This document shows positions 9,961 through 18,000 of a DNA stretch of 64,000 nt, in pieces. A program made the translations under genes and the position numbers. Every line of letters begins with the position of its first letter. Position 1 is the stretch's first letter. The notes below the pieces were generated by a model, which did no database searches, had not been told where the DNA came from, and was given only the letters and a program-made list of their open reading frames with translations. This DNA is from Spirochaetota bacterium (GTDB lineage: Bacteria > Spirochaetota > UBA12135 > COTS27), in contig AP019861.1 in the NCBI GenBank assembly GCA_013426755.1, forward strand, positions 1,254,270-1,318,269, in the 5' to 3' direction.

Positions 9961-11427
9961 TCAATTGAGTTTTTTGAATAATTCCTGGCTACGTGCGTAG
10001 TAATCTTTGAGATAATCGGGATTCATTTTAGAATTGACTAGACTGTCAATATCTTTACGTGCGAAGAGAGTAGCGAGGGTTTCCTTACTCTGCTTATTAT
10101 CGCCCATTTCATAATAGGTGGCTGCGAGATTGTAATCAGAAATGAGATAAGAAAGGGAAGTATGATAAGAGTTTTTAGCAATAGCTTCTTGCCACTTTTT
10201 ATAAAAGGCAATGATCTCTGGTGGGGATTTACTTTTGAGATAGAGTTTGCCTGTATTTTCGTAAGTACTGAGGAGGTTAGGAAAATTGTTCTGGAAGTGG
10301 CTACCTACTTGGTGGCCTTGTTCGAAGCGATTTTCGCGGATGTAGACTCCGATGAGGGCTAGTCCAGCGAAGGAGTTAGCAAGCGTTCCTTTTTCAAAGG
10401 CACGTTTTAGATCGGCAATACCTTTATCTTGTTGGCGGCGTTTTTCATATTTATTGAGAAAGAAGCCAAAGTACGTTGCATACAAATAATCGTATGACCC
10501 CGTCACATAAAAGGGGTCATAAAAATCTTTATTCTGTTCGGTGGCGGCGCGCATGTATTTAAGTCCTCTAAAAGCATCTGCGATCGCTCTATTGTAGTTT
10601 TTGTAAGAGGCGTTAAAGAGCCCACGTAGGCCGTAAGCCATACCGATATAAAATTGTGCCCATGCGTCATCTGTGTTATTCTTTTTGAGCCATTTCTTGC
10701 CTACTTTGATGGTTTGTTTGAGTTCTGCTTCTAAGCGAGGGGCGTATTTATAATTTTTAAGGTCTGCAAAAATCAAATAATAGACCACACTAGAATAAAG
10801 ATAGCTTACGGGGTGGTAATCTACGGTTTCTCTGAGCGCATTAAATATTTTAAGGCTTGCTTCGTACTTGCCATCGTATAAGGCGCGCATTCCTTCGTTG
10901 ACCTTAGCGGAGAGTTTTTTGTCTAGGTCGGGTGAGATTGAAACAATGATTGGAAAGGCTAGATCGCCACTAAGAATTTTTTGTTGGTGGGTACGAAGTT
11001 CTTTCTGCTTTTTAGCTGCTACGGGTACTACTGCGGTGTTAGGAGAGGATGTTTGTTCGCTCTGGGCGAGCAAATGACCGAATTGCTGAGATGCCAGATC
11101 AAACTGCTGAGAAGTCGGATCGAATTGCTGAAAAGCTACGTTAGGATCAGAAGGTCTGGATTGTTGTATGCGGATTTTTTTTGTTGCTGCGGTATTAGGA
11201 GAGAATGCTTGTTTTGATGGGGGTAATGATTTTGCTGAGGAAAGTTTATCTGCATGCTGGGGGAGTAATTTTATTGGGAGAAGTTTATGGGCATGCGTGA
11301 GCGTCTTTGTTGTGAGTGGTTTTGCTTCAATCGTCTTTGTTGCGAGCGTTTCCCCCGTTGTCAATCCACCACTAAGTACTGCCGCCAGTAATAATGTCTT
11401 TAATAAAACAGTGCGGTGTGGAAACAT
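9961..11427 (-). CDS. Secreted TPR-like helical-repeat protein, tandem paralog A
   Basis: 488-aa ORF with a signal-peptide-like N-terminus (LLLAAVLSGGLTTG). A Q-rich repeat (QQFDPTSQQFDLASQQFG) is followed by a conserved ~330-aa helical domain colinear with the next two genes (GDLAFPI.VSISPDLD.KLSAKV ... YHPVSYLYSSVVYY ... GMAY.LRGLF ... YYARSQ.LFKKLN). Confidence 0.7.
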   Translation of the reverse strand: MFPHRTVLLKTLLLAAVLSGGLTTGETLATKTIEAKPLTTKTLTHAHKLLPIKLLPQHADKLSSAKSLPPSKQAFSPNTAATKKIRIQQSRPSDPNVAFQQFDPTSQQFDLASQQFGHLLAQSEQTSSPNTAVVPVAAKKQKELRTHQQKILSGDLAFPIIVSISPDLDKKLSAKVNEGMRALYDGKYEASLKIFNALRETVDYHPVSYLYSSVVYYLIFADLKNYKYAPRLEAELKQTIKVGKKWLKKNNTDDAWAQFYIGMAYGLRGLFNASYKNYNRAIADAFRGLKYMRAATEQNKDFYDPFYVTGSYDYLYATYFGFFLNKYEKRRQQDKGIADLKRAFEKGTLANSFAGLALIGVYIRENRFEQGHQVGSHFQNNFPNLLSTYENTGKLYLKSKSPPEIIAFYKKWQEAIAKNSYHTSLSYLISDYNLAATYYEMGDNKQSKETLATLFARKDIDSLVNSKMNPDYLKDYYARSQELFKKLN

Positions 11428-11488
11428 TCAAAAAAAATCAAAAAAGCAGAGGAAAATGAAAGTCAATAATGAAAATTAATGATGGAAA

Positions 11489-12928
11489 TCAATTGAGTTT
11501 TTTGAATAATTTCTGGCTACGTGCGTAATAATCTTTGAGATAATCGGGATTTATTTTAGAATTGACTAGACTGTCAATATCTTTACGTGCGAAGAGGGTA
11601 GCGAGGGTTTGCTTACTCTGTTCTTGATCGCCGATTTGGTAATATGTGTTTGCGAGTTCGTAGTCAGAAACGAGGTAGGAAAGGGAAGTGTGATAAGAGT
11701 TTTTAGAAATGGTTTCTTGCCATTTTTTATAAAAAGCAATGATCTCTGGTGGGGATTTGCTTCTGAGATAGAGTTTGCCTGTATTTTCGTAAATGTTGAG
11801 GAAGTTTGGAAAATTGCTCTGGAAGTAGTCGGTGATTTCGTTACCTTGTTCGAAGCGATTTTCGTAGGTGTAGATTTCAAGGAGGCCAAAGCCGGCGAAG
11901 GAGCTTGCGAGCGTCCCTTTTTCGAAGGCACGTATTATATTGGCAATACCCTTAGTCTGTTGGCGGCGTTTTTCATATTTATTGAGAAAGAAATTAAAGT
12001 ACGTTGCGTACCAGTAGTCGTATGACCCAGTCAAATAAAAGGGGTCATAAAAATCTTTATTTTTTTCAGTGGCGGCGCGCATGTATTTGAGTCCTCTAAA
12101 AGCATCTGCGATGGCTTTATTGTAGCTATTGTAGGAGGCTTTAAAGAGGCCGCGCAGGGCATAAGCCATACCGACGTAAAATTGTGCCCATACGTCGTCT
12201 GCATTATTTTTTCTGAGCCATTTCTTGCCTACTTTGATGGTCTTTTTAAGTTCTGCTTCTAAGAGAGGGGCGTATTTATGATTTTTAAGGTCTATAAGAA
12301 TCAAGTAATAGACCACACTAGAATAAAGATAGCTTACGGGGTGGTATTCTGCGGTTTCTCTGAGCGTATTGAATATTTTAAGGCTTGCTTGGTACTTGCC
12401 CTGGTATAAGGTGCGTATTCCTTCGTTGACCTTAGCGGAGAGTTTTTTGTCTAGGTCGGGTGAGATTGAAACAACGATTGGAAAGGCTAGATCGCCACTA
12501 AGAATTTGTTGTTGGTGGGTACGAAGTTCTTTCTGCTTTTTAGCTGCTACGGGTGCTGCTGTGGTATTAGGAGAGGATGCTTGTTCGCTCTGGGCGAGCA
12601 AATGACCGAATTGCTGATCAGCCAGATTAAACTGCTGAATGAACTGCTGAAAAACCAAGTCGAATTGCTGAGAAGTTACGTTAGGATCAGAAGACTTGGC
12701 TTGTTGTATGCGGATTTTTTTTGTTGCTGCGGTACTGGGAGAGGATACTTGTTTTGATGGGGGGAGTAATTTTATTGAGGGAAGTTTATTTGCATGCGTG
12801 AGCGTCCTTGTTGTGAGTGGTTTTGCTTCAATCGTCCCCGTTGTGAGTATTCCTCCCGTTGTCAATCCACCACTTAGTACTACCGCCAGTAATAATGTCT
12901 TTAATAAAGCATTGCAGTGTGGAAACAT
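11489..12928 (-). CDS. Secreted TPR-like helical-repeat protein, tandem paralog B
   Basis: 479-aa ORF, colinear and highly similar to 9961-11427 over the C-terminal ~330 aa. It lies 61 bp downstream of the next paralog's stop. Confidence 0.7.
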   Translation of the reverse strand: MFPHCNALLKTLLLAVVLSGGLTTGGILTTGTIEAKPLTTRTLTHANKLPSIKLLPPSKQVSSPSTAATKKIRIQQAKSSDPNVTSQQFDLVFQQFIQQFNLADQQFGHLLAQSEQASSPNTTAAPVAAKKQKELRTHQQQILSGDLAFPIVVSISPDLDKKLSAKVNEGIRTLYQGKYQASLKIFNTLRETAEYHPVSYLYSSVVYYLILIDLKNHKYAPLLEAELKKTIKVGKKWLRKNNADDVWAQFYVGMAYALRGLFKASYNSYNKAIADAFRGLKYMRAATEKNKDFYDPFYLTGSYDYWYATYFNFFLNKYEKRRQQTKGIANIIRAFEKGTLASSFAGFGLLEIYTYENRFEQGNEITDYFQSNFPNFLNIYENTGKLYLRSKSPPEIIAFYKKWQETISKNSYHTSLSYLVSDYELANTYYQIGDQEQSKQTLATLFARKDIDSLVNSKINPDYLKDYYARSQKLFKKLN

Positions 12929-12979
12929 TTAAAAAAGTAGGGGAAAGTGAAAGTTAATAATGAAAATCAATATTGGAAG

Positions 12980-14470
12980 TCAATTGAGTTTTTTGAATAA
13001 TTCCTGGCTACGTGCGTAGTAGTCTTTGACGTAATTTGGGTTGAGTTCGGAATTAACGAGGCTATCAATATCTTTACGTGCGAAGAGGGTAGTGAGGATT
13101 TTCTTACTCTGTTCTTTATCGCCGATTTTATAATAGGTGGCTGCGAGATTGTAATCGGAAATGAGATAGGAGAGGGAGGTACGGTAGGGATTTTTAGAAA
13201 TAGATTCTTGCCATTTCTTATAAAAAGCAATGATCTCTGGTGGGGATTTACTTTTGATATAGAGTTTGCCTGTATTTTCGTAAATGTTGAGGAAGTTTGG
13301 AAAATTGCTCTGGAAGTATTGGGTAACTTCGTTACCTTGTTCGAAGCGATTTTCGTAGGTGTAGATTTCAATGAGGCCGAGTCCGGCGAAGGAGCTTGCG
13401 AGAGTGCCTTTTTCGAAGGCACGTTTTAGATCGGCAATACCCTTAGTCTGTTGGCGGCGTTTTTGATACTTATTCATAAGCAATCCCAAATATGTTGCGT
13501 ACCAGTAGTCGTATAACCCAATGGCATAAAAGGAGTCATAAAAATCTTTACTTTGTTCGGTGGCGGATCGCATGTATTTGAGTCCTCTAAAAGCATCAGA
13601 GAAGGCTTTAGTGTAGTTATCGTAAGAGACGTGAAAAAGGCCGCGCACGCCGTAAGCGACACCGATGTAAAATTTTGCCCATATATCGTCTGAATTATTT
13701 TTTCTGAGCCATCTCTTACCTACTTTGATGGTTTTTTTTAGTTCTTCTTCTAAGCGGGCGGCGTATTCATAATTTTTAAGGTCGACAAAAATCAAGTAGT
13801 AGACGACGCTAGAATAAACATAGCTTACGGGGTGGTAGTCTGCGGTTTCTCTGAGTGAATTGAATATTTTAAGTCCTGTTTCGTAATTGCCATCGTATAC
13901 GGCGCGCATTCCCTCGCTGACCTTAGCGGAAAGTTTCTCGTCTAGGTCGGGTGAGATTGACACAATGGATGGAAAAGCTAGATCGCCATTAAAAATCTTG
14001 AGTTGTTCGGTAAGAATTTTGTTCTGGCTTTGAGTTGTTGCAGTCGGTGTATTAGGAGAAGACACTTGTTCTCTTTGGGCGAGCAAATGACCCAATTGAC
14101 CCAATTGATCCAATTGATCTAATTGACTCAATGGAGCAGCCAGATCAAATTGCTGAGAAGCCAAGAAGTCGAGTTGCTGAACAGTTATATTAGAATCAGA
14201 AGGTCTGTGTTGTTGTGTGTGGGAATTTTGGGCTGCTGCGGTATTAGGAGAAGATGGTTGTTCTGGTGGGGAGAATGGTTTTGTTGAGCGAAATTCATTT
14301 GTGTGAACAGGTTTTTCAGTCCCGAATGCTCCACCACTGAGTAGCGCTACCGATAATAAGGTTTTCAATAAACGAGACTTATAGGTACTTGTTAAAATAA
14401 TGTTAAGAACAATTTTACAAGCATTTCTGCTTTTATAAGCATTTCTGCTCAATATAGATTTATGATACAT
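12980..14470 (-). CDS. Secreted TPR-like helical-repeat protein, tandem paralog C
   Basis: 496-aa ORF, the third colinear paralog. The first ~30 codons (MYHKSILSRNAYKSRNACK...) have no counterpart in paralogs A and B, so the true start may lie further downstream (non-ATG). Confidence 0.65.
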   Translation of the reverse strand: MYHKSILSRNAYKSRNACKIVLNIILTSTYKSRLLKTLLSVALLSGGAFGTEKPVHTNEFRSTKPFSPPEQPSSPNTAAAQNSHTQQHRPSDSNITVQQLDFLASQQFDLAAPLSQLDQLDQLGQLGHLLAQREQVSSPNTPTATTQSQNKILTEQLKIFNGDLAFPSIVSISPDLDEKLSAKVSEGMRAVYDGNYETGLKIFNSLRETADYHPVSYVYSSVVYYLIFVDLKNYEYAARLEEELKKTIKVGKRWLRKNNSDDIWAKFYIGVAYGVRGLFHVSYDNYTKAFSDAFRGLKYMRSATEQSKDFYDSFYAIGLYDYWYATYLGLLMNKYQKRRQQTKGIADLKRAFEKGTLASSFAGLGLIEIYTYENRFEQGNEVTQYFQSNFPNFLNIYENTGKLYIKSKSPPEIIAFYKKWQESISKNPYRTSLSYLISDYNLAATYYKIGDKEQSKKILTTLFARKDIDSLVNSELNPNYVKDYYARSQELFKKLN

Positions 14471-14521
14471 TTGTATTCCTTTTAAACTTATACGGTTGTT
14501 ATACCAATATCCTACTTAGTT

Positions 14522-14861
14522 TTATTTAAACGGGGCACTGAATTATTTAAACGGGGTACTGAAATATTTTTATTGAAACTGGGTCGTGTTACCGAAATAT
14601 TTTACAACAATTTTACAATAACGTAATACATTGGTTGACTTATTTAAGTTCTACATTGACTGACTTCTACATTGATTGACTTATTTAAGTTTTTATCGTT
14701 AGATATTGAAATGCTTTGTGACAATTTTACAATAAAGTCATCTATACAAGCCATTTATATATTACTTACTTAGGTTCTTATTACTTATTTAGGTTCTGAC
14801 TGCTGGTCACTCAAATATTTTATAACAATTTTACAATAAAGCTACTCTCTTACAATAAAGC
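14522..14861. repeat. Composite intergenic repeats including three copies of the motif ACAATTTTACAATAA
   Basis: ttatttaaacgggg.actgaa occurs twice (14522-14563). The motif (a)acaattttacaataa occurs at 14604-14621, 14720-14737 and 14824-14841, with a partial fourth copy ttacaataaag near 14851. Smaller duplications lie between them (ttgacttatttaagtt x2, ttactta.ttaggttc x2). Confidence 0.8.
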
Positions 14862-15041
14862 TATTCTCTTATTAAAGAGTTCCTGCCATTAAATATTCTA
14901 GGATCAATTATTAATTCTTGATTATTATAACATAAATTCAGATGTCAATATGTTTTTTATAAAACATAAAACCAAGCATTATCAATCAAATATCATTAAT
15001 TAAAGACTATTAATTAATAAAAGAAACAACTAAACAATCAA

Positions 15042-18000
15042 TCAATATTTAGTATTAGGTTTATGGTGTAGCATAATTTTAAGTAGATTGGCTTTATAGG
15101 AGAGTTGTTGTGAGAGCAGGGGTGCGTTGGTGGCTAGGGCGTGAAGTTTTTTCTTATCTGAGAGGAGCTGGCGTAATTCTTGGCTGAGCGAATGAATCTC
15201 GGTTGATTGGCAACGGAGAGACCCGTTATGCTGTTCGAAATGGGGTGTGATATCTGAGAAGGCTTTCATGTGAGGTCCGTAAATTGTTGGGGTGCCATGG
15301 AGGGCTGCTTCTAAGAAGTTATGTCCGCCGCTACCACGGACAAATGTATCGCCAATGAGTACAAGGTCTGAACTTTGATAAATGGCTTTAAGAACGCCTA
15401 AGTGTGCGATAATAAGAATTTGTTGCTGCCTAGGTGTGTGCTCTGAATGAGCTATATACTCTGAATGATCCGTATGTTCTGAATGATCTGTATGTTTTGA
15501 ATGATCTGTATGTTTTGAATGATCTGTATGTTTTGAATGATCTATATGTTCTGAATGAGCTGTATGTTCTGAATGAGCTGTATGTTCTGAATGAGCTGTA
15601 TGTTCTGAATGAGCTGTATGTTCTGAATGAGCCGTATGTTCTGAATGATCTGTATGTTTTGAATGAGCTGTATGTTCTGAATGAGCCGTATGTTCTGAAT
15701 GATCTGTATGTTTTGAATGAGCTGTATGTTTTGAATGATCTGTATGTTTTGAATGATCTGTATGTTCTAAATGATTTGTATGTTCTAAATGATCTATATG
15801 TTCTGAATGATCTGTATGTTTTGAATAATCTGTATGTTTTGAATAATCTGTATGTTTTGAATAAGGTATATTTTGCAGCTTCTGTGTGTGTGTTGGCTTA
15901 GAGGGAGGAATACCATTGGTAAGTTCTGTCAAAAAAGCATTCCAATGGGTTTCCATAATTGCAGAATTGCTGTTCTCTGAAATAGTTGTTGAGTTATTTT
16001 CTGAGGCAATTATTGAATTCTTCTCTGAAATGGTTGTTGAATTATTCTTTGAGATAGTTGTTGAATTCTTCTCTGAGATGGTTGCTGAATTCTTCTCTGA
16101 GATGGTTGCTGAATTATTTTCTGAGGCAATTGTTGAATTGTTTTCTGAGAATTTTTTTAATGTGTGTTTATCTAGATAAGAGACTGCAAACTTCTTTCCA
16201 AGTTGCTTGGCTAATTTCAATCCGCGTTCTGGATGACGGGGTACTATGATTAGAAATACTGGGGGCGTTGTTGCGTCTGATTCTATTGTGGCTGAATTTT
16301 CTGTTTCTATTGCAGATGAAATTTTTGTTTTTACTGCGGATGGAGAATTTGACTGCATTGCGGCTGAATTTTCTGTTTCTACTGCAGATGAATTTTTTGT
16401 TTTTACTGCGGATGGAGAATTTGACTGCATTGCGGCTGGAGTTTCTGTTTCTACTGCAGATGAAATTTTTGTTTTTACTGCGGATAGAGAGTCTGACTGC
16501 ATTGCGGCTGGAGTTTCTGTTTCCACTGCAGATGAATTTTTTGTTTTCATTGCAGATGGAGAATTTGACTGCATTGCGGCTGGAATTTCTTTTTTCACTG
16601 CAGATGAATTTTCTGTTTTCACTGCAGATGGAGAATTTGACTGCATTGCGGCTGGAGTTTCTGTTTCCATTGCAGATGAAATTTTTGTTTTCATTGCAGA
16701 TGGAGAATTTGACTGCATTGCGGCTGGAGTTTCTGTTTCCACTGCAGATGAAATTTCTGTTTTTACTGCAGGTGGAATGGTTGAATTTACTGTGGCTGTG
16801 GGCTGGATAAGCATTTCACTTAGGGCTGTGACAATAAGTTGTTCTTCACCTTCATGGGAAGATGCCAATGTGACAATCTGCGGCGTGGTCGTTGTCATGT
16901 GAGCATAATCAATCAAATCACTGAATTTACTTTTACAAAGTCGCTTGATAGGGTAGGGAATGTCTGTAAAAGTTTCATTATTATTTTTTTTGAATTGTTG
17001 TAAGAAACCTTGATTGTATTTTATATTTCCAATTGCTGCAATGATTGGCGTACCAGTAGCAGCCGAATTATTTGAATCAGCAGACGAAGTAGACGACAAT
17101 TTTCGATCAGCAGCCAAATTACTCAAATCAGCAGACGGAGTACTCGAATCAGCAGCCGAATTACTCGAATCAGCAGCCGAAGTAGACGGCAATTTTCGAT
17201 CGGCAGCCGAATTATTCAAATCAGCAGACGAAGTAGACGGCAATTTTCGATCAGCAGACGGAGTACTCGAATCAGTAGCCGAATTACTCGAATCAGCAGA
17301 CGGAGTAGACGGCAATTTGCGATCAGCAGATGAAGTAGGAGTAGAAATAGGAGACAAATTGGGAACAGGAGTGGGAGACAATTTTCGATCAGCAGCCGAA
17401 TTATTCAAATCAGCAGACGGAGTACTCGAATTAGCAGCCGAAGTAGACGGCAATTTGCGATCAGCAGCCAAATTACTCGAATCAGCAGACGGAGTAGACG
17501 GCAATTTTCGATCAGCAGCCAAGTTACTCGAATCAGCAGACGGAGTAGACGGCAATTTTCGATCAGCAGACGGAGTACTCGAATTAGCAGCCGAAGTAGA
17601 CGGCAACTTGGAATCAGCAGATGAAGTAGGAGTAGAAGTAGGAGACAAATTGGGAGTAGGGGAGTATAGTTTTTGTATGATTTTGTGTGTGGTTTCTGAA
17701 CACGTTAAGATGTGGCTTAACCGATGGGTCCATTTGAAGACAGCAGGGAATTTTTGATACCATTTTCCTGCTTTACCTTTGAGTTCGTAATTGACGAGGA
17801 GGCGGTGGTGTCCATTATTTTTGAGTTTTTCTAACAGGACAGGCCACAGATCATTCTCAATCACCACGAATGGCGCCGCAGGTTTCAATGTCTTCACATA
17901 CTTTCCTAGTATAGGAGCAAAATCCAATGGGACATAACAAAAATTAATATTAATATTGTGTTTTATTTTAAGATGTTTTGTTATGGCGGCTGCGCGTTCT

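Noticed and set aside
11566-13422. Same-strand alternate-frame ORFs 11566-11931 and 12967-13422, and plus-strand ORFs within the TPR paralogs.
   Set aside because: - They are nested in the conserved paralogous reading frame.
- Their similarity to each other merely reflects the paralogy of the host genes.
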